Origin: Massalongia carnosa
Lineage: Eukaryota
NCBI GenBank assembly: GCA_965645245.1
Contig: OZ287069.1
Location: 3,162,001 to 3,226,000, forward strand
Reading direction: 5' to 3'
Length of the DNA stretch: 64,000 nucleotides
Below the pieces are notes generated by a model. It did not search any database. It saw only the letters and a list, made by a program, of their open reading frames with translations, and was not told the origin of the DNA. This document shows positions 51,956 through 64,000 of this stretch, one piece after another (positions within the stretch are counted from its first letter, which is position 1; each line of letters opens with the position of its first letter). Both the position numbers and the translations under genes were made by a program.

Positions 51956-53944
51956 ATGACTGCCCCTTCGACTGCAAATGGCAATGGCGACGCCTCGGGG
52001 AAAACCCCGGTGCATGCGTCGATGAGCGAGGTGTCGAGACGTTATAATATCGACGGCCTCGACGACGACGACGGATATGACGAAACCGACTCGCGCCGTC
52101 GCGGTCACACCCGTAAAGATCAAAAAGACATGCGCCGAATGGGCAAGCGACAAGAACTGATCGTAAGCAGTCGCGCTATATCAGCGCGAAAGCGCATTGA
52201 AGAAGCCTTCCTAACTATCGCACCAGAGAAACTTTCGCCCGCTCTCCGCGCTGAGTTTCGCGGTGGTGCTGCAAGCCACCTGGGAATTCCTCTTGATGTA
52301 AGGTTTTGTCGCACAACGGCAGCGTCGGCGAATCGAAGACTGACAGTGCCGTGGGGCAGTTCGAATACCCAAGGACTGACCGACGGGGGGTTGGCCGGCC
52401 TGTTCTGGACCTATTTATGGACATTTATCGGCTTCGGCTTCGTGATGTTTTCGTTGGGCGAAATGGCATCCATGTGAGGAGCATTGCGTCTTTTCCACCT
52501 TTTCCCACCCCGTCTCGCAATCCTTTCTGACCATTAACTTCCCAGGGCGCCGATTTCTGGAGGTCAGTATCATTGGGTGTCGGAGTTTGCGCCGCCGCAA
52601 TACCAGAGATTTTTGAGTTACATCACGGGTAGGTGGGTTCCGGGAAACCCTTTCCCTTTCCTCCGACAAAAATGCCTCCATGTCTAACGGACACGCCCAG
52701 GGTGGATGTCAACTCTCTCCTGGCAAGCCGGCACCGCCTCGGGCTCGTTCCTCACCGGCACCATCATCCAGGGTCTCATCTCCGTCAATCACCCCAGCTA
52801 CAACAGCACCCGATGGCAAGGCACCCTGTTCGTCTTCGCCATGGTGGCGTTCATCTACATCTGCAACATCTGGGGCGCCAAGGGCCTGCCGATGATCCAG
52901 AACTTGCTGCTGATCGTGCACATTTTCGGCTTCCTCGTCGTCATCATCGTGCTCTGGGTGCTCGCGCCCCGCCAGTCGGCCGCGGCCGTGTTCAGCGGGT
53001 TCTCCAACGGCGGGGGATGGTCCTCGATGGGTCTCAGCATGATGGTGGGGCAGATCTCGGCCATTTACGGATCTATCTGTACGTGCATCCCCCCCCCCCC
53101 CTTTCTCAAACCCTTCAGCGCGTAAACCGCCCCGCTAAACACCTCTCCGTCAGGCTCGGACGCCACCGCGCACATGGCGGAAGAAGTCAAAGACGCCGGT
53201 CGCAACGTGCCCAACGCCATCGTCTGGTCGTACGTCGGCAACGGCCTCCTCGCCCTCGTCTTCCTGGTGACCTACCTCTTCTCGATCCCGTCGGTGGACG
53301 ACGCCATCAACGACCCGAGCGGCTTCCCGTTCATCTACGTGTTCCAAAAGGCCGTCTCGACGGGCGGCGTCAACGCGCTTACGATCATGGTGCTGGTCCT
53401 CGTCGTGGCCAGCAACGTGTCCTTCAACGCGTCGACCTCGCGCCAGACCTTCGCCTTCGCGCGCGACCACGGCCTGCCCTTCTCCGCCTGGATCGCCGCC
53501 GTGCACCCCACCCGTCAGATCCCCGCCAACGCCGTGCTGCTCTCGTGCCTCATCAGCGCCCTGCTGGCCTGCATCAACATCGGCTCCGACGTGGCCTTCA
53601 ACGCCATCATCAGCCTGCAGGTTGTCGCCCTCATGTTCACCTACGCCATCTCCATCTCGTGCGTGCTCTACCGCCGCCTCTACCACCCGGACCTGCTCCC
53701 GCCCGCCCGCTGGAGCCTCGGCCGCTTTGGCGTCCCCGTCAACGTCGTCGGCCTCGCCTACGTCTCCTTTGCCTTCTTCTGGTCCTTTTGGCCCAACGTC
53801 ACCCCCGTCGACCTGCAGAACTTCAACTGGTCCGTCGTCATGTTCGTCGGCATCGCCGTGCTGAGCGTGGCTTACTACTACGCCCACGGCCGCAAGGTGT
53901 ACGCGGGGCCCGTCGCGACCGTGGAAGGGAGGCGGGAAACTTGA
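51956..53944 (+). CDS. Amino acid/polyamine permease (APC superfamily, GABA/choline-permease-like)
   Basis: DMRRMGKRQEL, GGLAGLFW, SLGEMASM|APISGGQYHWVSEFAP, HMAEEVKDA, SRQTFAFARDHGLPFS and FNWSVVMF. Five introns. Confidence 0.93.
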
Positions 53945-54458
53945 AAAGGCTGGGGGGGTTTAGGGGTTCGTCTTCATCTTCTTCTTCTTCAGCGGCAGGG
54001 ATGCTGCATGTGTATATTTGTTTGGCAACAGTCACCAAACGTGGACTCGTCCTTCGGGGAATCCCTTCGCGTGGCTTTATTGGCTTGGCTGGCTTCCGTG
54101 AAAGGAAGGGAAAGGAGGAGGGGCGTGGGGAATACTTGATAAATAGTCATCGTCTACTTTCATTGGGTACCTACTACCTAATTCATTCATCTAGACACGT
54201 GTAAACGTGGCGAGTTTTGTCTCTTCTGTATCACGGAACCCACCCACGCCCCGTAATCATCATCTCGGTCCTGCAGCCATCTCCGCTTTTCACTCACTAG
54301 CTCACTCACTTATTAGATTTCCTAGTTAGTTACTCCGCGTTTACATCACCAAGGTATGTATTATACATGTAAGACCGCTTTTCGTTTCGTTTCATGTCCG
54401 GTTCAGCTCCTTTCAGTTGGCAGAGAATACGTTACACGTAAATCCACCTCCATCACTG

Positions 54459-54515
<57 letters not shown>
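54459..54515. repeat. (ACT)19 microsatellite
   Basis: Uninterrupted ACT repeats; a shorter copy lies near 54762-54780. Confidence 0.95.
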
Positions 54516-56140
54516 GATGAGTATGATGATTCACGTGCAGGTATGATAGCATGATTATCATTGAAGGTAATTATCTATGTGGGCTATCTACCTGCTTTCA
54601 TAGCAGTCACAAAAAGCAGTCACATGACAGTGATGCCGTAGGCCTCCCATAGCTGCCTGTTAGGCACCTCCTATAAGTGCCTGGCAGGCACTCACGATAG
54701 ATGCCTATACTGGTGGTAGTCTGACCATCTAACCGATGGTAGCCTCACCATTGAACAACTGCTACTACTACTACTACTACATAATGTATCTATCTATAGT
54801 ACCTACGTACGTACGTTAGCCTACATCCTCCAACCATTCCCCAGATCTCGTTCGTGTGCATGCATGCATGCGTCACATCCGTTCCGTCACCCTCTATAGG
54901 AAACCAAACACCGTCATATTATTACAACCCACAAACGTCATTTTATAATGCTGGTAAAAAGAAGAAAAAAGGGGGAAACCTTTCAACTTTCAAATGTCTC
55001 GTGATCGTCGGACCCTCGAAGTTTGGAGACATGTTTGTTTCTCTTTCCCCGTATCGCCGGGGGGAGTTAAGTTTATAGTTTAAGTAGTTAATTTGGAAGT
55101 ATTCCTCCGAACGAAGCCAGATCGGATTGATAAGGAAACTGGGTTAAAAACGAAAAGTGAAAAGTGGAGGGCTACGATAACTAGTTACTACTCTGTATGT
55201 CATGAGATACCTAGGCGTGTTCTCTGGATACAGAATATTCTGTACAGAATACTCTATATAGAGCCGTGGTTTTAACTAGTTAGGTAACTAATCTCCACAC
55301 TCTCCCAAAACTCGCGCCCCTTATGGTATTGTTTGTTAACTAATCCAAAGAACCGCCGGAAGCATACATTAGTATGTAAACTAACTGGTTAAGTCCGAAG
55401 CTCCGAAATCCCCGAATCCCGGAATCGGGATCTTAAACCGAAAAAGGAAACTGAGGGGAGTTGGGGGAGGTAATGGGCGGGGAGCGGGGATTGGGGTTGG
55501 ATGGATGAGTTAAAAGAGTGAGTGGAAACAGGATGAGGATTAGTTCGGCCGTTGGGAAGGGGTCGGGAAGTGCGGGCAGTGACGAATATATACACACAGT
55601 ACATACATAAAATCCTACTTATCTAATCTGTTATGTAGAGAATGTTGTTGGTTGGATGGAAGATGGAGGTGGAAAGACGGAGTATGGGGGAGGTGGTGAA
55701 GGTGGGGCTTAGATGGATAGATGTGTGTGCGCGACTGGGTAGAGTTGATTTCCTCGGGGTTTGGAATGGGTTCAGTCATCGGCGGGTTATGTAACTCTTC
55801 AGCTTGTCGATGATTTGTTTAGCAGGACGAAAGCCCAATTCCGAACGCGGGGCGGGATGGATGATGTATATACAAAGGTACTTGTGAAATGTAATACCTA
55901 GTTCTAAGGATTGAGGGGGTTCCCCCCCCCCCCCCACACCAGCTTCTAAATGTCGTAACGTCGTGATCGTCCAGACGATAGATCGATCGATCGAGCGAAT
56001 CCGCACCGGAACTTGACGGCGCTGTCGAGGCCCAGGTCTATGAAGCGCGGTCTTTTACCACGCAGTCCGTCTGTCCCCGCCGACCTATAATTACACACGC
56101 ACACAATGCATACAATCAGCCCCCGGCGCAGATGACATGG

Positions 56141-57559
56141 TCAGGGAGTCGTCTCGGTCACCCTCACAATAGCATCCGATCCCTTCTCCTCCACCTCGTC
56201 CCGCTCCACCGACCACTTCACCTCCTTCTTGATCACCATGTCCTTCCGGATGATCATCTGCCTACTGTCCCCGCTGTCGATGCTGCCACCGTCCTTCTTG
56301 GACGCGTCCCGATGTGAGACCGTGGCGCGATACATGGCCTGATCCGGCCGTAGGGCGTCGTCGCCATCCGGGTCGCCGCCCGTCGCCGAGCGCATCTTTT
56401 TGCTATGGTTGGAGCCGTACGTGGTGAATTTGTAGCTGCCGCCTGAGTGTCCGCCGCTGCTCTTCTGCGGGGGCCGCAAGGGACCTTCGTACGCAGACAT
56501 GAAGGGTTTCAGGCATGGGATGCTGCTGGCCATTATGCCGTAGCCGAGCTCGAATTGGGCGCAGATGATGGTGTAGGTGCCCACAAGGGTGGGGTTGAGG
56601 GAGAGAGTTTGAAGGTGTAGGTAATGGAGGTGCAGAGCGGCGGCGACGATTACACTGGAGAGGGCGGGAAAGGTCAGTGGGGGACGTCAATGAAGAAAAG
56701 TGGGTGTTGCTCACGGAAGTCGAACTCCAAACGCTCCCACGACGATAGCTTTAGATTTCATAGACATTTGCAGCCCATACACCAGATAAACAGACATCGA
56801 GAAGAGAGCTATATCGGTGAGGATGTCAAGGATGCCGATGAACAGCCAACGGGAAAACTATTGACGGTTCAGGCGGATGTTTTGATGAAAACTCTGGAGC
56901 TGGGCTCGGCTTACATAGCTTTGACATTGTACTCCCATGTCTGACCACGGATGACTGGGATGACACCGCAGAGCCACCAGAAAAATCGATATTATGGCCC
57001 ATATGGTCGAAGCACCCATTATACTCCAGGCAACCGAGTTGTGACCGCGACCAGGCGTCAAACGTAAATACAAAAATCCTACGCAGCATTTCGAAAGATA
57101 TAGCGCAAATATGTACAGAATGTCGGTAACATAGGCAGTCTAAAGCTTTCATTAGCCCGATGCTCTTCGACCCAGATCTCGGATCATCTGAATGTAGCTC
57201 GTTCCCACCTTCTCGAGCGACAGGATTTTCGAGGGGTCGATCAGTTCCAACGAAGTGCCGAAACCCTTGTGAACTTGTAAAAATACAATGGCGGACTGAA
57301 CACAGGAAAACAGCTGATGCTCGTCAGTTCAGAAGACCGCTCACAGAGCATCAGGAGACAGTACCGTAGCAGCCGTTAGAACGCAGTCATCCAGCCTGAA
57401 ACCACTGATGGCCATTCGAACGTACATTCGAATAAGAAATGCCACTAGGACAAAGCACAAGGTCAAGGCCGTGATGATCACGATTAATCCGCCCTTGTTG
57501 GTATCAGAAACAGAAAAAAGCGGTGGTGCCACGCCGGGCAGGCTCGATGGAGCGGTCAT
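56141..57559 (-). CDS. PTH11-like rhodopsin-domain integral membrane protein #2
   Basis: N-terminal TM helix ending LIRMYVR...LDD, YLRLTP, ALRCHPSHPW and QFELGYGIMASSIPCLKPF, with a polar cytoplasmic tail. Multi-exon. Confidence 0.82.
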
Positions 57560-58669
57560 AACAACCAGCTCACAGATATAATGTACACTTCGAGGCTGAA
57601 CACAGCGACACAAGGAGAATGACGGCGAAAACTATGGTTTAATCATAAGAACGAGAAAGGGGATGCGCAGCAAGGAAACCTGGCAAAAGTGTCGAATCGA
57701 GACGGCCAACTTGCCGTAGTCGAACGAAAGAAAGTTTAACATTTATTATTTTCCTCGTTTTCTTTGCTCAAAACCTCAATCTTATCTTCACCTTCCCCAC
57801 GATTGTAAGAGAATAAACGGGATGACTAGTTGAACGTGGCAGAAGAGCAGGAAGGCTGCCGCAGTTAAGGACCATCTCTACCAGCTCATTGGCACAGGGA
57901 ACTCTGCGGATCCTCACCGCTTCGGCGAGTCGGCCGGCCTTCTCAAATTTGGCAGCGTTACCTCCCACTTCCCGTCTTGCGCATGCATGAGTAATGCAGT
58001 AGCGAAAAACTTTCTTTCGACGAGATCCGCCGGGATTCGCGAGGCCATAGCTTCCGTGCACTTCCATTGGAAGTTTCCTTCCCCCTAGGGGAGATCACAT
58101 ATAAACCCTCCCGGTGAAAGCATCCATCGGAACGTGCGTGCAGCACACGGGTGGGCGTGCAATTTGCCTCTTGGGTCTGCCGGGCGCGTTTGGTCACACG
58201 CCCGTGTTCCTGAAGTACATGGTACTTTCCTAGAAACTCCTGGAGCAGGTCCGATCCGTTGGACCTTGGTGTTTGATATGAAACAGTCTTCGCAGGTACT
58301 CTGTACTCGGTACTCGGTATGCCCGTATCGAGTACCGGGGAAGCAGCAGAAGAAGCATTTTTCGTTAATGGAGTTGGTACCTCAAGTTACCCAAAAGGCT
58401 TGCCGGAAACAGTTAGATTGCGTTTTATGCATGACACATGAGTGCATAAAGTAAATGTAGATAGGTATATTTTGGTTACCGGAGACTCCCTTACGGCCAA
58501 TCATGCCCTCACATATCTCGCTCTGTACAGAGTAGTTTGACATGACGCGTAACGACCAATGCAGACTCATCAAGCTCCGTTCCCATTCCCGCCCTGTCAT
58601 GAAGTTGCTTTCAGGGCGTTAATATTCATCTCATCCTGATTGATCGAAATCGCAGCTATTAGTGACGTA

Positions 58670-61008
58670 TTACCCAAGATCATGAGCGCGCATGCTGAAG
58701 GCGATGAACAACGCTAGGAGTGAGCCAATCAACGAGATTGCTACAATGAAAGCAGCTATCAGTTTCTGAATGCCAATTGAGAGTGCCGGAGAAAGGCAGG
58801 CTTACTATGGGTGTACTCAAAACTTTGCACGTAGGAGTCCACAACAACTTCTCGGGTGCGGCCACTCAGAGACTTGACGTATTCGAGATCCGATAATATT
58901 CGATGGGCAATCTGGCTCGTACATATGTGTTAGGCATGTCATCTGCCAAAACGCCCCGGAAGAAAATGATAGGAACGGGAGAGGGGTACCGTGGTATGAT
59001 CTGGAAATCCTTCGAGTCTTGTTTTCAGCTCGTTTCGTAGACTGGTCTGAAGCACTGAGCTCGCAAGGCTTGTGCCAATGAGACTGCCTATGTTCGCACT
59101 CAAATAAATGCCTGTGCTTGCAATCGCCATGTGCGGCTCGTCCACGCCAGCAGAAAGACAGACAAATGTTGTGGCCATCGCAACCCCTGTTCCAAAGCCA
59201 CCGGGCCCGATATATAAAGATTCCCAGATATTGGTATGTCCTCGCCAGAATGCTATCAGGAGAAGGTACGCTGTCGAGGAAGCAACTTGACCGAATATGG
59301 TTAATGCTTTGTAGGAAGCAGTCCTGCAAGACGTAAGCCTTGGAAATTCCAGCATGAGGGCGCAAACGCTTACTTCTTGATGTAGACACCACTGATCAGG
59401 CCGCCAATGGCATTGCCAAACACCGCAGGGAATAGATGAGCTCCCGCAGTGGTGACTGACGTTCGTGCGGTGACCTGAAAGTACAAAGGGGCAGAATACA
59501 TGACCTATAAAAATCAGCCGAGGACCGCACAAAGCTTGATCGGATGTGTAGAGCACTAACCGCCACCTGTGCACCGGTTTGCAAACCCACAATAAGATAC
59601 GCAGTAACGACATCTCTATGAACCAGAAGATGCAGCGGAAAATTGGGCTCGTGCGCTAAGCATGCTTCCACTAGCAAGAAAAGGATTCAGCAAACAAAGG
59701 AGACGGCAAGGAGAATCCATATGATCGGATGCGTCCAGGACACCTTTTGACCTCCTAAATCAAGGGCAAGTAAGAACCCGGTGATGGTGACAGCAAGAGT
59801 CAACGAGCCAAGGAAATCGACTCGTCGAAGCTTTCTCTTGATCGAGTTGGCCGAATGATACGACAAGGAGGGATTTGGGCTATCAAGCTTCCAGACAACG
59901 AGGAAAATTGCGGCGATTGCTAAGGGACACTGTATATAAAACGACCTGCCGGAAAAATCAGAAACGATGCAAGCACACTACAAATAATGTCTCGGACTCA
60001 CCATCTCCAACCTATCGTGTCAGCTAGATAACCGCCCATCGGCCCACCAGCACTTCTTCCTAAAGTGCTTGCAATGTTGACATAACCTCTCCACGTTGCG
60101 ACATCGCGTAAAGGTACTTTTTCTGCGCAATCGAGCTCAGTCACCACATGTGATTGGGTGGGTCTTACACCATACCTACGATCAAGATGGATACGAGAGC
60201 AGTCATGCCAGCACCTCCAATTCCACCGATTGCGCGGCCAAGCACCACCAGCCACAGAGTGGTACCTGCACCACTATGAACGTATTAGCTTGAAGTCTGT
60301 AGGTCCCATGAAGCATATTCGCCAGGGAATGAAATACCAGAGAACGCAGCCGAAGGCAAAAAAGGAGTAAGCCACGATCAAAGTAGATTTACGACCGTAA
60401 ATGTCACTGAGTTTGCCGTACTGCCCGAAAGAGAGATTATTAGTTGAACTCGATCTTCCAAGTCCCAATGTGAGAGTACGGTCCGCATGTACCATAGGTT
60501 GAACCGCGCACATTGACAACCAATATGTCACGACCAGCCAGCTCGCGCTCTCCAAACTCCCGAGCTCTGATGATATGGTGGCATATGTGGCCAGTACAAT
60601 AGAGCCATCAGCGTTTGCGATGAAAACTCCTGATATTGAAGCGGACCTCAATCGTTAGGTAGATTCTTTTAACCTAGCTAAGCAAAGTCTCCACTCAGCG
60701 ACATCGGGACGAATCAGCTCACCTAACAGCAAGCAAGAAATCACCCCGGCAATGTCAACAAGAGGCTTGGAACATTCTCTGCCATCAATGGAGTTTGAAT
60801 TCGGATTCAGATCTTGCTTGTTCGACAGTTTCGAGTCATGCTGTCTCAGTGACTGCGGGCGAGAGGCGTCCATCAATGCTCGTAGATCTTCATTCTCATG
60901 ACTAGGTTGTGAAGCCTGTTTTAGCAACGGCGTCTGTTCGTGCGGAACCTGCAGATCAGCATGTTCAAAGGACCTGGCGATGTTTAAGTCAACAGAAGAG
61001 GCAGTCAT
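58670..61008 (-). CDS. MFS transporter (DHA2 / vacuolar basic amino acid transporter-like)
   Basis: GVFIANADGSIVLATY, YGKLSDIYGRK, GIGGAGMTALVSILI, GRSAGGPMGGYLADTIGWRW and LRRVDFLG. Last exon ends ...MRAHDLG* at 58670. Confidence 0.88.
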
Positions 61009-61659
61009 GATTATGAAGATCGTTAGAAGAGGATGTATGTACTAAGGTTTTTTTGCACGGGATTATAATATCTACGTTAAGATATCCTGTATTCTATCCT
61101 GTTCTCCTACTTCGGCCTCCAAGATGGAGCGAAGTCAAAAGTTCAACATAATTTTGTCATCGATCAGCAATGCATAGGTCTTCGTTTTATGGTTCATACA
61201 TATCGTTGACCAATGATATATTTGGAGGGGTAGACTACACATGCACAATGATGGCAGCTGATAAAAATGAGGAGATGAGAACGAATCATGTATAACCATA
61301 TTCATTTCTCCTCAAAATGCTCCTTTCGGCAATGTTAATATCGCAGTTCGCATGCTTGGCGTCACATGTAGGAAGTTGAAAAGACTCCTGGATATGCGAT
61401 TGGCTACTTTTGCCGATGCGACCTACCCGTACTTATCTACCGACTCTAAGTGCTTCTGACATAATCGGATCTCCCTATCTGTAATCCGTACTCGGTATGA
61501 CCAGAGAGTACACCCGAGCACATCTACATAATCCATTTCATGTATCTTTAGTTACAACTAATCTATCCCCAAAGTACCTCAAATTTAGGCTTACGGCTAA
61601 GATCACCCCGTGGTGAAGACAGGACAATATGTACCCTATCGCATCTTTAGAAGCGCCTA

Positions 61660-63258
61660 CTTTTCGCCACGCTCATGTCTATGCGCTCCATGGTAAACCG
61701 TGCCGAATAGATGACCGCATTTAGGGGCCCCTCGGCGTCGACGATATACCCCGGTTCGCAACGGGAGAACTCCACCTTGCGTTGTTCGATCTCGTAAAAT
61801 TCATTGTAGCGTGGATTAGTGCATCTTTGAGATCTAACACGTCTCCGAGAGGATAAAGTACGTGCCATGGCCGAATACAAGCTGAACCCTTGCAAGACTT
61901 CAACACCAACAGGAGAGCGTCGAGGCGGTGTACAACACGAGAGATAGGCAGTCTCAATAAGGTGCGATGCTCATGACATGAATAGATGGAGTTCGTATGT
62001 TGGGTAGACGGATGGATGTTATGAAGCTGGTGTGGATCCGTCTAGATTGATGCATTGAGTTCATGTAAGATAACGACGAGTAGAAGATAAAAGCAAGAGA
62101 AGGAACATCTGCAACATACGGTAAGGTCATACAGCTCATGTTAATTGTTGCATCAGACAGAGTAATACAGACTATAGTCTTGCGAGATCACTCGAATGGC
62201 TTTGTACGTATTGTTCCATTGAATGTTGGCTATGAGGTCAGAAGTCAGTTTTGCTCTTGATCGTCGACTGATGTAGGTAGCCAAAGGAGTTGAGTTATCT
62301 TCAACTTTTCCATGCTTGAATTCCGTAAGCTCCCTCTGCAAGGGCGAAACCCCAATATTCAAGGTTTACGTGTTCGCGCCTGAGGTTATTTATCTGTCGG
62401 AGCTCTTGACTCGTCAGAGGAATTGGGGCATCATCAAAGTCATCTCTTGGTTTTAATCCATATAGATCAAAGATGGTAGATGCTAAATCGTTGTGAGAAC
62501 TAACTTGATCCGTGACCGCATCTTTTGGGATTCCTGTACCGCGGATGATAAGCGGTACGTTCACGTCCTCTTTGTAGCCACATTCTTTCCCAGAAGGTAA
62601 ACGATGTTGTCCGATATGGTATCCATTGTCGGCAGAATATAATATACGGGTATTATCGAGAAGGCCATGTTGATCGAGAGTTTTGATAACTCCATCAACG
62701 AGTTCATCGACGCCCTGAAGAGCACGGAGACGTGAACGGTAGAACTCGTCATTATAATCGACTTGGGTCTGGTTCAGTTGAGCCAATCGACGAATCCAAC
62801 TGACTCCGCTGGGCTATATACGTTATGAGCATTTGGTCGGTGCATTATTTAAACAGGGCGATCTAAACTACCTCCTCCGGGTTGAAGTGATCCGTACGCG
62901 ACATCGTCAAATTTGGGAACAGGCGCCTATGTCTCTCAGCAGGTATCAGCGGGGAAACTCTCATATTCTGTTAATCCTTAGGGTTATCCGTATTGAACTC
63001 AACGTTGCTGTGAGGCGCAACGGGAGCATAGTCAGCAAGAAAGGCCTCTTGGCCGCAATGGCGTCCTTGAGAAACTCATTGGCCTTTGTGGCTACAACAT
63101 CGGTTGTATAATCGCCCTTATAGTTAACCGGTTTCTCACGATTTCTCTGCCAGGTGCTATTGAGGTACTGGTATGTATACGGGTCAAGGAGGAAGTCGGA
63201 TCCTGTAAACCCAGGCGCATTGTAATTTTCAACCGTATGTGCATTGAAGAATTTGCTT
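61660..63258 (-). pseudogene. Arylsulfatase pseudogene, 5'-truncated
   Basis: KFFNAHTVENY, FLLDPYTYQYLN, RLRALQGVDELV, SADNGYHIGQHRLPSGKECGY and NNTYKAIR...YSV*CNN*HELYDL. Stops and frameshifts; the N-terminal CxPxR motif is missing. Confidence 0.88.
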
Positions 63259-64000
63259 CATTTGCAAAATCAATCTCATAGTCAACGCAGATATTTCCTC
63301 AAAAACTGCTGTAATGCTATCTGTTGAAATAGGTATATGACTATGACTATATGACTATGTAATAAATGACAATGTGTATGACCCTGATGCATAAGATGAA
63401 AAGTTGCTATGGAGCAGTCTTCTCCTTTTAAGTGGTCACCCTCTACTAAGCGAAGTGATAATAGTTTATCCGAGCCTAGGTTGCTTAAGACACCGCTAAA
63501 GGTCTTAAGTAGCCGATACGGTTAGACTGGAACTGATCTAACTAACCTAATCTGTTGTGCTGGTAGAAGTTGAACATTCAACAAGATTGGATCAAAACTC
63601 CTACCGTTGAACAGCTGAATGAGAAAAGAAACTCGTTGATGTTGAAGGAAAGATATGAATGAAGTCATCAAAAAACTTGTCAGGGTCTTAGGAAGTTCAA
63701 TGAACATGCTTAGCGAAGGGAAAGGGGCACATCACGGGAGCACGTGCACTAGCGCGACCCACGGTGATAATATCGCACAGTAATTTTCTCTTTTCCTCTT
63801 TGTATATAAATTTTGGTTTAATAGTGGTTGATTAGATTTGACGACAGCTTCCTTACACAATTTATCTACCTTCTTATCAGAACTCTCTTGGGGTAGACAC
63901 CCGTTCCAGACAATTTCCAGATAGGGTGAAAGCCTGTTTCAGCATCTTCCAGATCAATCAATCGTGCGGATCCGATTGATAATTTCCAGAAAATTTCAAG

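Noticed and set aside
52633..54204. 523-aa Arg/Pro-rich ORF and 245-aa antisense ORF
   Set aside because: Alternative-frame artefacts of the very high GC3 of the permease gene.
51956..61008. Permease, second PTH11-like gene and MFS transporter as members of the tailoring cluster
   Set aside because: They are separated from SnoaL by more than 8 kb including a LINE and belong to common families. Membership cannot be supported without expression or synteny data.

Overview
Intron-rich filamentous-ascomycete (Pezizomycotina) nuclear DNA with GT-AG introns and CTRAC branch points. It behaves like a dynamic accessory region. From left to right it contains: the 3' part of a cellular RNAi RNA-dependent RNA polymerase; a spliced 34-aa Cys microprotein; three dispersed secreted proteins (4.2 kb, 16.2 kb, 27.7 kb) sharing an 8-Cys C-CC-C-C-CC-C core and two intron positions; a HET-domain pseudogene split by a Mutator-like element (9-bp TSD); a MITE; a secreted S8 subtilisin; SDR, membrane-protein and kinase pseudogenes; a 23-kb run of oxidative tailoring genes with no visible backbone synthase (2 flavin monooxygenases, 3 P450s, a PTH11/SAT4-like membrane protein and a secreted SnoaL-like protein); a young 5'-truncated Tad1 LINE with a 15-bp TSD; an APC amino-acid permease; a second PTH11-like gene; an MFS transporter; and an arylsulfatase pseudogene. 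Exon boundaries were read by eye, and family assignments rest on recognised motifs, not database searches.
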